Shown here: positions 45,504-54,936 of the stretch, piece by piece
Layout of the letters: each line of letters opens with the position of its first letter
Numbering within the stretch: position 1 is the stretch's first letter
Virus record (IMG/VR): IMGVR_UViG_3300050154_000034
Span: 291 to 64,290 of that record
DNA length: 64,000 nt
DNA from: a virus
Strand: one strand, 5' to 3'
Made by a program: the position numbers and the translations under genes
The notes under the pieces: generated by a model
The model's database searches: none
Told to the model about the DNA's origin: nothing
Seen by the model: the letters and a program-made list of their open reading frames with translations, nothing else

Positions 45504-48320
45504 ATGCCAGATTTAAAACAAGCACTTAGAGATTTTGTAGCCACTTCTAATAGCGGTAAATATTCTGATGAACAAACGTTATTGTCTAAATTTCCAGAAT
45601 TAAATGGTTACGATACAAATTCATTAAAAGACTATGTAGCTACTTCTAATAGTGGTAAATATAAAACAGAAGATGAATTGAACTCTAAATTTCCAGAGTT
45701 ATTTTCTGTAAAAAAAAAAGAAGAATCCAAATCTACTTATCAAAAAAATATTTTGGAATTGGCTTCTCAACCAAAAAAGAGAAATACTTTATTGGGTACA
45801 GAGCCTCAAAAAAAAGTTTTGGAATCGGAATCTTTAAGTGGAATACCTAAAACTCACAAGTTTGGAAAAGTAACAACTGCTTCAAATGTCAATAAAGATA
45901 TGAAGCAGTTCTCTGGTAAGCTATCTGATGTAGATTTATATAAAATGAAATCTACTAACAACCTTGAGTCTAATAAAATAAAAAAACCAAAGACTGATGA
46001 GGATAGAGATTTTATTGATTATATAGCTGATACTATTGATGTTGGAATTGCTAGAGTATCAAAATCAATATACGATACACCATCTCTTGTTTATGATACT
46101 TTTTCATCAGTAACAAATCCAATAATAGAGGCTGGGTATAAAGTTACTGGAAACGAAGATAAATTTAAACCAGCTACATCTGAAGGATTGGGAAATCTTC
46201 TAGGTTTTGAAAACATACCATCTAAAATTCTTAAGGAAAAAATAAATGGCTTAAATAAAAAACTTGAGGAACAAACAGTTAGTTATGGAGGAGACCCATT
46301 AACAGCTATAGAAAATGGTAGATATGCAGATGCTGCTAAAATAGTAACTGGTAGTACTTTACAAGCTCTTCCAGCAGTTGCTATTGCAATAGGTACTGGT
46401 GGAGGTTATGCGGGTTTAGCTGCTATAGGTATTACAACTGCATCTGAAAAGAATGCAGAATTAGAAGAACAACATCCAGAAATTAGCGCTACTGCAAGAG
46501 TTTCAAATTCATTGGCTTCTGGTGCTTTAATGGCTACATTTGGACACGTATTTACAGGAGCTGCAGGAGCTGTAATGTCAAAAATACTTCAAGCTGAAGG
46601 TAATGCTGGAGCTGAATTGATAGGTAATGCTTTTAAAAATATTGCAGAAAAAAACATAATGAAGAGTCCATTAGTTGGTGTTTTTGGAGAAGCACTTACT
46701 TTTGGGGCTATAGATATTGGTAACCAGTTAAATGATATGGCTACTGGTATTAGAAAAGAATTAGATGTTAGACAAGCGTTTAACTCTTCTATTACTGGTA
46801 TTGGAATGGGATTACCTGGAGCTGTTTCTGTTTATGGAGCTAAAGCATATGTATCCACAAAAAATTACTTAAAAGTTGTTGATACTAATAAACAGATATA
46901 CTATCTTACTTCAGAAATAAATAAACCGGAAACTACTGAATCAAGTAAAAAGATACTTGCTATTAAAGCAGATCAATTAATACAACAGAACAAAAGGTTT
47001 TTAGGTGGAGAGTTAGAGAAGTTAAAACATCTTTCTCCGGAAGATAAAGCAATGCTTAACAAAACCAATAAGGTTGTTGATGAGGTTAAAGAATCAATAC
47101 AGAAAATAAAAGATAGTAATGAATTATCACCAGAAGCTTTAAAAATAGCTAAACAAGAACTATACAAAGATTACGAAGAAGCTGTTAAAAAGAGAAGAGA
47201 AATATTTAGTAAAGTTAAAGATATAAATGTAGAAGGTGATTACTCAAATTTTGAAGGGGTTCCTGTAGACTTTGATATTGAACATAATGGTATACACTCA
47301 TTACCTATTGAACAGCAAAATTCATTAAACAAGCAAGCTTTTAACGAACTTAATTCTGAATTAAACCCAACTGGTAAGGAACAGGTTGATATTACTAAAG
47401 AAATGGTTTCCGAAAGAGCTAACAAAATACATAAAGAATCTACTAATACAAAAGAAAACACTGTAAATATAGTTAAGTCAAGTGGTCAAAAAGTTTCTGA
47501 TTTTATAAATAGACCAGCTACTTTAGAATCTTTTTCTGGATCTAAATTTGAAGAACCACTAAAAGGGGATTTGTTTGTAGAAGACCAAAGAGTTATATTC
47601 GAAGATAAAAATAATAAACAATACGACTTAGGTAATGTTGACGAAATTTTTAGTAAGGAAGTAGAGAAGTTAGGTATCTCTCCAGAAGAAAAACAATTTG
47701 ATGTTACTAAAGAAGGCAAAATATCAATTAACGGTAATGAGTGGGATATACAGTCAGAATTACCAACTAATGGTATTGATTATGATAAAGAAGGGAATAT
47801 CACTGCGGTTTCTTTAAAAAATAAAGAAGGTAAAACAGTAATGTTTGATGGACAATTAGCAGAAGATATTGGTTATCAAGTATTGTTATCTAAAGCAGAA
47901 ACAGACGGACAAAGAGAAAGATATAATAAAATAATAGAAGAAGATGCAGAAATCAATAGACAACTTAGAGAGGCTGAAAAAACTTCCGAAGAGCAAACAA
48001 ATACAGATACTAAGTCAAGTATCAAAGAAGATACAGGAAGAAAACAACAAACAGTTACTGAAAAAGTAACTAAAGAAACAAAAAAAGTATCTGATGATTA
48101 CGTATCTTTGTCAAACGAAGAAAGTACTTTAAAAGAATCTATAAATTCAGAGACCAATCAAAGAAAAAAAGATAGGTTACAGAAAAAACTAGATGAGGTT
48201 ACTAAGCAAAAACAATCTCTAATAGAATCTGATGAAAAGATGAAGTATATAAACGATAATATAGATGATTTAATAAAAGACTTAGAGAAAAAAGGAGTCG
48301 GTAAACCTTGTAATTTATAA
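45504..48320 (+). CDS. Large internal virion/ejection protein
   Basis: Duplicated N-terminal unit ending SKFPEL; central Ala/Gly hydrophobic helices. Confidence 0.6.
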   Translation: MPDLKQALRDFVATSNSGKYSDEQTLLSKFPELNGYDTNSLKDYVATSNSGKYKTEDELNSKFPELFSVKKKEESKSTYQKNILELASQPKKRNTLLGTEPQKKVLESESLSGIPKTHKFGKVTTASNVNKDMKQFSGKLSDVDLYKMKSTNNLESNKIKKPKTDEDRDFIDYIADTIDVGIARVSKSIYDTPSLVYDTFSSVTNPIIEAGYKVTGNEDKFKPATSEGLGNLLGFENIPSKILKEKINGLNKKLEEQTVSYGGDPLTAIENGRYADAAKIVTGSTLQALPAVAIAIGTGGGYAGLAAIGITTASEKNAELEEQHPEISATARVSNSLASGALMATFGHVFTGAAGAVMSKILQAEGNAGAELIGNAFKNIAEKNIMKSPLVGVFGEALTFGAIDIGNQLNDMATGIRKELDVRQAFNSSITGIGMGLPGAVSVYGAKAYVSTKNYLKVVDTNKQIYYLTSEINKPETTESSKKILAIKADQLIQQNKRFLGGELEKLKHLSPEDKAMLNKTNKVVDEVKESIQKIKDSNELSPEALKIAKQELYKDYEEAVKKRREIFSKVKDINVEGDYSNFEGVPVDFDIEHNGIHSLPIEQQNSLNKQAFNELNSELNPTGKEQVDITKEMVSERANKIHKESTNTKENTVNIVKSSGQKVSDFINRPATLESFSGSKFEEPLKGDLFVEDQRVIFEDKNNKQYDLGNVDEIFSKEVEKLGISPEEKQFDVTKEGKISINGNEWDIQSELPTNGIDYDKEGNITAVSLKNKEGKTVMFDGQLAEDIGYQVLLSKAETDGQRERYNKIIEEDAEINRQLREAEKTSEEQTNTDTKSSIKEDTGRKQQTVTEKVTKETKKVSDDYVSLSNEESTLKESINSETNQRKKDRLQKKLDEVTKQKQSLIESDEKMKYINDNIDDLIKDLEKKGVGKPCNL

Positions 48321-48325
48321 AATAA

Positions 48326-48826
48326 ATGATTAAACCAGAAAAATTAAGTAAAGAAGTTGTAGACCTACTACTATTAGGTCTTGAAAAAGAATATGAACAT
48401 AGTTATTTTTACCAATCTGTAAGTAACTGGTGTGCTTCAGTTGGTTTTGTAGATGCGGCTAAGTTCTTTTTAGCAGAGAGTGACGAAGAAATAGTTCACG
48501 CAAGAAAATTTCAAAACTACCTTATAGATTGGAATGTAATACCTCAACTGCCAACAAATAAAACTCCTAGAATATTAGAGTTTAAAAACCTACTAAACTG
48601 TATTGAGGAGATATATGATAATGAAATTAACTTGTATGAAGAATATAATGATATTTCTATGAAGATTTTTAAATCTGGAGACTTAAGTGCTTTTGATTTT
48701 ATGCAATTTTATAGAGATGCTCAAAAAAGCTCCGTTACTACATTTAGCGATATGTTAAACAAACTTGAAGGAGTTGATGTTGATGATAAGTTTAAAATGT
48801 TATTATTACAAAAAAAATTATTCTAA
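48326..48826 (+). CDS. Ferritin-like protein
   Basis: EKEYEHSYFYQSVSNW, GFVDAAKFF..ESDEEIVHARKFQNYL, FDFMQFYRDAQ pattern of non-haem ferritins. Confidence 0.85.
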   Translation: MIKPEKLSKEVVDLLLLGLEKEYEHSYFYQSVSNWCASVGFVDAAKFFLAESDEEIVHARKFQNYLIDWNVIPQLPTNKTPRILEFKNLLNCIEEIYDNEINLYEEYNDISMKIFKSGDLSAFDFMQFYRDAQKSSVTTFSDMLNKLEGVDVDDKFKMLLLQKKLF

Positions 48827-48829
48827 TAT

Positions 48830-51800
48830 ATGGCTAATCCATGTGCATTTTCTTATGTTGACAAAGATGGTAATACGGTAACATTCTCTACAAAAGAAGA
48901 GTTTGCAAAGGCATTATACGATGGTCTTTTAGATGAGTTTGTTAATGAAAAAAAGATAGGTAATAAATCAGCTAAAGTATTAGTTGAAAAATCTGCTATG
49001 CAAGATTTAAAAAATCAAGCAATAGACATCTTCAAAGCTGGATTAGAAGCTGCTAAAACAACAAAAGCTACATCAAAAGCCAAGTTAAAGTCTATTGCAG
49101 ATGTTATAAATTCTTTAGTTAAAGATGAAAACGGAAAAACAAAGAAGGGTTTTATATCTCAAAAACAAGCTAATACATTAATACAGAGAATCGCTAATGT
49201 TAACTTAGATAATAAAAAAACTACCGAAAAGTTATTAGACTATGCTGATAAACTATTTACAGATGCAGAACATAAAGATGTTTTAGATAATTTAAAAAAT
49301 ACAATATCTGGAATTAAAAAGAAACTATCTTTAAATAGTATAGATGCAGAGATAAAACAAATAGCTAAAGATTTTGCTAATATAAAGCTTTCTAACGTAA
49401 AAGATATAGAAAAACATATAGAAATAGCAAACGCTATAAATGAAGGCTTAAAACCTTCTAAAATAAGTCGTGATGAATTAACTACGTCTAAGGTAATAGA
49501 TAAGAAGTCTGTTTCTGAATATGTATCTTCTGAATTAAAAAATCAAGAATCAATAGATATTCAAAATAAAATAAATGAGTTTCATGAAAACACTGGATTA
49601 AACCCAGCTGATTTTAGTTATGAAGATATTGAAGCCATACTTAATGACCAAAAAGAAATAAGCGAAACTCCTTATTCAGAACCAAAAATAAAGTCTAAGT
49701 TAAAAAAAGCTTATGATTCATTAGTATCAATCACACAAGATGGTATTAACACTGGTATAGATATATTTACTGGAGAAAAAATAACCTTTCCAAAAGAAAT
49801 AATAGATAGTTTTGAAAAATTAAAAAACATTGATTTTGATTTGCTATCAAACAAAGACGCGTTAAGTGTTATTGATGTTTTAAATGATATAGCTGTAAAT
49901 GGTAAGTCTAATAAAGTAGATTTGTTTTTAAAAAAGTATGAAGGTGTTAAAGATGCTTATGAATTCGCTAAAGGAGAGTCTGCTTCTAAATTAAAACTAT
50001 TTTTTTCTGACTGGGCTGGTGAGTTTTGGAACAAACAAGTAGGAAGTTTATATAGTGTAGCTGAAACTATGTTTAGAGGTTTTGAAAAAGGGAATGATTT
50101 TATGAAGGCTATGGGCTTTGATAAAATTCAGAAAGGAGCTACTATTGCTGAAATGAAAGTAAACCAGTCTTTTTCAAAGTACTCTAATAAGTATTTAGAA
50201 ACATCTCCAAATAAACAGGGGTTCAATACAGAGTATAACAATACTGAAAGAACATTTTTAGCTATGGCTAAAAGATTTACACCTGGACAAGAGACTGATG
50301 ATTTTTTTAGAAATAAATCATTAATAGAGCAATCAATAGCTGTTTTGTCTGAGGGTAGTGATTTAGAAAAAAAATCTGCTGAGATACAAAAAGAAGTTTA
50401 CGAAAAGTTATTCAAAAACTCTGTTTCAAAAGAGGATGTAATATCTAAAGCAGATAAAATAAATTCTAATGCTGTGTCTGACATGTCTTCTTATCATAAA
50501 GAAAATTTTATTGGAAACGCAGACTCCGCATTAAAATATTACAATACAGTACTTACTGAAGATGAAAATTACAACACTATTAAATACTCTAGATTATCTG
50601 GAGAAAAGAACACTATAGATTCAGATGGATTTGATTCTGCTATTGTAAATAAAGAAAGTAAAGTATACGATAAAAAAACAGGTGTTTTTAATGAGTTAAA
50701 CAATCCAGCTACGTTAAGAAAAGGTACGTATATTAATACCATGTTTGAAGTCAATAATGAACAAGCTATGAAGTCTGCTTTAATAGATGCAAATACAGCT
50801 GGAGATATACAAAGTCTTAAAGCATTTGTATATTCTGACTACTTTAAATATATAATACAAAATAAGAGAGATAGAGATTTATTTATAGACAGGCTGAAAA
50901 CGTTTGTTGACATAAAGAGGGGAAGAAATTACCCGCCAATAGGAAAGGAAGAGATTTCATTTATAAACAAAGCAACAAGAACTATATCAAGAATAGGTTC
51001 CGTAAAAGTACTAGGTGGTATAATGCAATTACCTAAACAAACTGTTTCTGTTGGTGCGAGTACACTTATTAACTCTGGTAGATTGTCAGTTGTGGATGCA
51101 TTTGATCCTAAATGGAATGATTTTATTAATAACTCTGGGTATGAAATAGCTACTAGAGGTATTCACTCCTCTTCTGATTTTGTAGCTATACAAGACATAT
51201 TGAGAAGTGTAGAAAATTCTAAAGTTAAGCAAACATTAGATAAGTTAGAAAAAGTTCAAGGGGTTTATTTAAAGTGGTTTTTAGCGAAACCAGATGTTTT
51301 TATCGCTAAAGCATCTTGGATTTCTTATTACAAAGAAGGATTGAAAAAGCAGGGTATTAACCCAGATGGAATTGATATTAGTTCACATAAAATAAATGAT
51401 GATGCTGCTTTTTATGCTCAAAGACAAGTAGATAGACAACAAAACGTTTCTGATACTGCTCTTGAAGGTAAATGGTTAACTAGTAAAGATCCTAGTGCTG
51501 AATTATCTAGAGCTGTTTTATTGCCTTTTGCTAAATTCGCATTGAATCAAAAGTCAAGAATGTACTCTGACTTCCATACTGTTTTTAACAAAAACGCAAC
51601 TTCTGGAGATAGAAGTGTTGCTTTAAAATCATTAGTCGCTTTATCTGCTGAACAAGCTATATTTAGAGCTATATCAACAGGTATTAGTGTTGGTATTTAT
51701 TCTGGAGTATCTGCATTAATGGGTCACGAAGAAAGTGAAGAAGACAAAGATAAAAGAATTAAAAAAACTATTGAAAACCAATTGAGAAGTAGTGTAGCTG

Positions 51801-52270
51801 ATTACGGTTCTCCATTGCCATTTTTAGATTATCCAACACAATATGCAGCTGGAAAGTTGGTTAATGGTATACAAGATTTAGCAGGAGTTGAAAAAGACAG
51901 TAAGTTAAATTTAGTTCCGTATATGGATATGGGTTATGCAGATAGATTTGGTATGTATGGAGTTGTCGCTAAAGGTGGTAACGATTTATATAACTTTCAA
52001 AATTTAGCTTGGACTGGTAAGTATACAGAAAATGGTGAGGAAAAAGAATTGTCTATTGATAAACAGAATGCTTTGAGGATTGCTTCTGCAGGAAACTTAA
52101 TGTATCATTTAGGATTTTTGCCATCAGAATTTAACGTAGCGTTTAAAGACTTAGAGAAGATATCTAAGAAAGAAGACACTAGTAATGAAGGTGGTAGACT
52201 ATTCAAGAACAAAAAAAGTCTATTCAGTGGAGGTAGTTTGTTTAAAAATAAAAAAAGCCTCTTTAAGTAG
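48830..52270 (+). CDS. Large internal virion/ejection protein
   Basis: 1146 aa helical; last gene of the virion module. Confidence 0.6.
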   Translation: MANPCAFSYVDKDGNTVTFSTKEEFAKALYDGLLDEFVNEKKIGNKSAKVLVEKSAMQDLKNQAIDIFKAGLEAAKTTKATSKAKLKSIADVINSLVKDENGKTKKGFISQKQANTLIQRIANVNLDNKKTTEKLLDYADKLFTDAEHKDVLDNLKNTISGIKKKLSLNSIDAEIKQIAKDFANIKLSNVKDIEKHIEIANAINEGLKPSKISRDELTTSKVIDKKSVSEYVSSELKNQESIDIQNKINEFHENTGLNPADFSYEDIEAILNDQKEISETPYSEPKIKSKLKKAYDSLVSITQDGINTGIDIFTGEKITFPKEIIDSFEKLKNIDFDLLSNKDALSVIDVLNDIAVNGKSNKVDLFLKKYEGVKDAYEFAKGESASKLKLFFSDWAGEFWNKQVGSLYSVAETMFRGFEKGNDFMKAMGFDKIQKGATIAEMKVNQSFSKYSNKYLETSPNKQGFNTEYNNTERTFLAMAKRFTPGQETDDFFRNKSLIEQSIAVLSEGSDLEKKSAEIQKEVYEKLFKNSVSKEDVISKADKINSNAVSDMSSYHKENFIGNADSALKYYNTVLTEDENYNTIKYSRLSGEKNTIDSDGFDSAIVNKESKVYDKKTGVFNELNNPATLRKGTYINTMFEVNNEQAMKSALIDANTAGDIQSLKAFVYSDYFKYIIQNKRDRDLFIDRLKTFVDIKRGRNYPPIGKEEISFINKATRTISRIGSVKVLGGIMQLPKQTVSVGASTLINSGRLSVVDAFDPKWNDFINNSGYEIATRGIHSSSDFVAIQDILRSVENSKVKQTLDKLEKVQGVYLKWFLAKPDVFIAKASWISYYKEGLKKQGINPDGIDISSHKINDDAAFYAQRQVDRQQNVSDTALEGKWLTSKDPSAELSRAVLLPFAKFALNQKSRMYSDFHTVFNKNATSGDRSVALKSLVALSAEQAIFRAISTGISVGIYSGVSALMGHEESEEDKDKRIKKTIENQLRSSVADYGSPLPFLDYPTQYAAGKLVNGIQDLAGVEKDSKLNLVPYMDMGYADRFGMYGVVAKGGNDLYNFQNLAWTGKYTENGEEKELSIDKQNALRIASAGNLMYHLGFLPSEFNVAFKDLEKISKKEDTSNEGGRLFKNKKSLFSGGSLFKNKKSLFK

Positions 52271-52277
52271 AGGCTTT
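52253..52277. terminator. Bidirectional terminator at the strand switch
   Basis: AAAAAAGCCTCT-TTAAGT-AGAGGCTTT. Confidence 0.75.
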
Positions 52278-52365
52278 AATCATTAATGTAACTAGTAATA
52301 TTTGAATTGCTGTAGTAATAGCTACTGCTGAAATCCAAGTTATGAAATTCAAAATTATTTTTAGT

Positions 52366-52818
52366 CTAATCATTTAAAAGTTTTTTAATCTCTTCAAAAA
52401 CAAAGTTACATTGACCTTGATTTCTTGGAGTGAATAATACATAATTCAATTCGTTATCAGCTATCAATTTCTTGAATAACTTAAATCTCATTGAGAATAC
52501 GTCAGTTGCGAGTCCTTTACATTCTATGATTATCCTTTGATCTCCATTCTCTACAATGAAGTCTGGTGTGTAGATAATACCTAAGTGTTTCTTACCTCCT
52601 TTATTTACTAACTTATCTTTACTACTTATAGTTTTTTCATAAGATGCATTAGGAAAGTAGAAGGGATTGATGATTGTGAACTTCTCCTCTTCATACTTGC
52701 ATTTAACTCCATTATCATCAAGAAGTTTATACATGTATACTTCTAGTCTGCTCTGAAATTTCTTTCCTTTATACTCAGTCTTTTGAGCTCTGATTAATGG
52801 AGTTCCTTTTTTACGCAT
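52366..52818 (-). CDS. PD-(D/E)XK endonuclease (T7 endonuclease I/resolvase-like)
   Basis: FQSRLE, YTPDF, IIECKG. Confidence 0.8.
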   Translation of the reverse strand: MRKKGTPLIRAQKTEYKGKKFQSRLEVYMYKLLDDNGVKCKYEEEKFTIINPFYFPNASYEKTISSKDKLVNKGGKKHLGIIYTPDFIVENGDQRIIIECKGLATDVFSMRFKLFKKLIADNELNYVLFTPRNQGQCNFVFEEIKKLLND

Positions 52819-53246
52819 TATAATGTGGTTTTTAGTTTCTCTAGGTACAACACGAAGTCCATAGCCTCTTGCTTAGCGTGTTCAATCCATTCTTTTGTAG
52901 ACAAGTTGTTGTCGTCTAGTGTAGTACCATATTTCTTAATACCAACCTCAGATCTATCTCTCAATTGGTTTACAACTGATTCAACAATAGGGTCTGGCTT
53001 TACTTCTTTAGGCTCAATAACCTCCATACTTCCAACCATACTATTTTCGAAAACTACATCTTTTACTGATTCTTTCCCAAATAAGCGACACACGTATGAC
53101 CAATACACATCCCCTTCTTTTGTTTCACTCCATTGAAAAGCTGATGACAATAAATAATTTTCGTCAACAAATTTTCTTTCTTGATACATTCTTTTGCAAG
53201 CTTTTTCTTTTATTTTTTCTGGTAAATCTTTAATTTTTACAAACAT
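52818..53246 (-). CDS. Protein with C-terminal nucleotide pyrophosphohydrolase-like helical domain
   Basis: VGIKKYGTTL...EWIEHAKQEAMDFVLYLEK. Confidence 0.55.
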   Translation of the reverse strand: MFVKIKDLPEKIKEKACKRMYQERKFVDENYLLSSAFQWSETKEGDVYWSYVCRLFGKESVKDVVFENSMVGSMEVIEPKEVKPDPIVESVVNQLRDRSEVGIKKYGTTLDDNNLSTKEWIEHAKQEAMDFVLYLEKLKTTL

Positions 53247-53270
53247 TTTTAATTTAATTTAGATTAGTAA

Positions 53271-53750
53271 TTAGTTGTTTAGTATATAGTGTAAAGTTCC
53301 TTTAGATGTTATATTAAACTCATCCATGGTTTTTTTATAACTATTGCTTTTTAAATGGAAATCTTTAACTGTATCTTTACTATATTTTCTCACAAAACTA
53401 GTTGCGTGTATAGCTCTTTTCATCCTGTCTTCTATCGGACAATCCATCATGTTTTGACTTTGATTTCCTATTAGTATATTTTCAGAACTACAGTCGGTTC
53501 TAATGCTGTTTTTATGCCTAACAACAATACCTTCTTTAAGCAAATCTTCTCCGTATTTTTGATAAGCTTGTATTCTATGCCAATATATTTTAATAGTTTT
53601 TTTTCCTATTCTTACACCGATAACAGGGTATCCGTCTTTAAACGATCTTTGATTATGCATTCCTTTTTTTGTGCTTATAAAGTTTCCGCAATCAGAAACC
53701 CTAAAGCCTCTTTTGTACGCTTCTATTAAAAATAAATTTTTTTCACTCAT
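53271..53750 (-). CDS. HNH homing endonuclease (free-standing)
   Basis: YWHRIQAY...VVRHKNSIRTDCSSENILIGNQSQN; start placed at MSEKN because the longer frame overlaps an RNA element. Confidence 0.8.
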   Translation of the reverse strand: MSEKNLFLIEAYKRGFRVSDCGNFISTKKGMHNQRSFKDGYPVIGVRIGKKTIKIYWHRIQAYQKYGEDLLKEGIVVRHKNSIRTDCSSENILIGNQSQNMMDCPIEDRMKRAIHATSFVRKYSKDTVKDFHLKSNSYKKTMDEFNITSKGTLHYILNN

Positions 53751-53766
53751 ATCTCTTTTTTTTAGT

Positions 53767-53841
53767 GGGCTTGGGGAATGTCGAAATCCCATGTAACCTT
53801 TACGCTTTCTACGCATTATGAGTGCGAGGCGATACAAGCCC
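53767..53841 (-). ncRNA. D-armless tRNA-like RNA with a CAT anticodon-type loop
   Basis: GGGCTTG/CAAGCCC 7-bp stem, CGCA-CTCATAA-TGCG hairpin, GGGA-TTTCGACAT-TCCC T-arm-like hairpin. Confidence 0.5.
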
Positions 53842-53969
53842 ATTACTAGTCTTTCCTAGTAGTCATTTAGGCAGCACATCCTAAAACGCATTTTAGACGA
53901 AAAGGTCTAGGTTTTTTTTGTATTCGCAGAGTATGTTTTACCTTGAAACTCCGTAGTGCTTATCGTTTA

Positions 53970-53977
53970 CAAATGTA
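53970..53977 (-). promoter_or_regulatory. Promoter -7 box (TACATTTG)
   Basis: Upstream of the structured leader and the HNH gene. Confidence 0.55.
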
Positions 53978-53982
53978 AAATA

Positions 53983-54318
53983 TTAAATCAATTTATCAAA
54001 GATTAATATCTTTTTTTCTCTAACTTCTTCTATGTTCTCTATAAACTTATGTATAAAGTCTGATAATAATATAGAGTCAGCCTCACCTAGAGATGCTATA
54101 TCTTCAATCATTTGGTTTTTAAAGTTAAGAGAATTAGTTAACATCTCAGGGTCTTCTTTATAAACCCTATGGTAGTTTTGCATTATATCGCTCTCTAACG
54201 CATCTTTAAACATGTTAGCGGTATTCTTTGCTCTACCTTTTAATTTGTACTCATCCATAAGCTCTAAAGCCAATTGAAGAGTAACTAACAGCTCAATTCC
54301 ATTTCTTACATTACTCAT
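53983..54318 (-). CDS. Hypothetical protein
   Basis: 111-aa ORF. Confidence 0.7.
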   Translation of the reverse strand: MSNVRNGIELLVTLQLALELMDEYKLKGRAKNTANMFKDALESDIMQNYHRVYKEDPEMLTNSLNFKNQMIEDIASLGEADSILLSDFIHKFIENIEEVREKKILIFDKLI

Positions 54319-54688
54319 AATAACTCTCTCTGATTATTTGTTCGTTAAATTCTTTATCAAGTACTGTTAACATACCATCGTTAAACATTAAGTATGTTTT
54401 ACTTTCTGATTCTTTTACTACATTATCGTAGTCATCTTCTATAGATGTTGCAAAGAATATGGATAAGTCATCCTTATCCTCTATCTTACCTATATCAAGT
54501 AAAATATCTAGATATAAATCAGTGTCAATTCCAATTATAATATCTGAGAACTTAGTAGGGTCTTTGTATTTAAAAACCTCTGCTCTAAGCACTGTTATTT
54601 TATTAAGTTGTTTGTATACTGGTTTTGATAAATCTGCATTTATAACAAGGTTCTCAATCTTGTTAGGTCTATCTTTTTGTAATATCAT
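54311..54688 (-). CDS. Hypothetical acidic protein
   Basis: 125-aa ORF overlapping its neighbours. Confidence 0.65.
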   Translation of the reverse strand: MILQKDRPNKIENLVINADLSKPVYKQLNKITVLRAEVFKYKDPTKFSDIIIGIDTDLYLDILLDIGKIEDKDDLSIFFATSIEDDYDNVVKESESKTYLMFNDGMLTVLDKEFNEQIIRESYYE

Positions 54689-54935
54689 CTTTCCACTTTG
54701 TTTGATTAATTATCTCATTTACTAATTCTATATACTCTCTATCTGTAAGTGTCATGTACTTTCCATTTTTGTCAAACACTTGAAGATTATAAACAGAAAT
54801 GTTTATTTTTTTGTTTTCAAAACAAGTGTATAGGGTAAAGTCTACGGTGTAATCTTTATCAAGCACTACATTATAGTATTCTTTTCTATTGCTTTTATTA
54901 GTAAACTCTACCTCTATATCTTGTCTTATTTGCAT
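54669..54935 (-). CDS. Hypothetical protein
   Basis: 88-aa ORF. Confidence 0.65.
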   Translation of the reverse strand: MQIRQDIEVEFTNKSNRKEYYNVVLDKDYTVDFTLYTCFENKKINISVYNLQVFDKNGKYMTLTDREYIELVNEIINQTKWKDDITKR

Positions 54936-54936
54936 T

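Noticed and set aside
47255-47285. DFDIE in the 938-aa protein as a crAss-type virion RNA polymerase DFDID motif
   Set aside because: The third Asp and surrounding context are missing, and the protein is too short; no virion RNAP can be supported in this window
53751-53843. N-terminal 31 codons of the 190-aa HNH ORF
   Set aside because: They overlap the tRNA-like structure; the ATG at 53750 has the typical A-rich context
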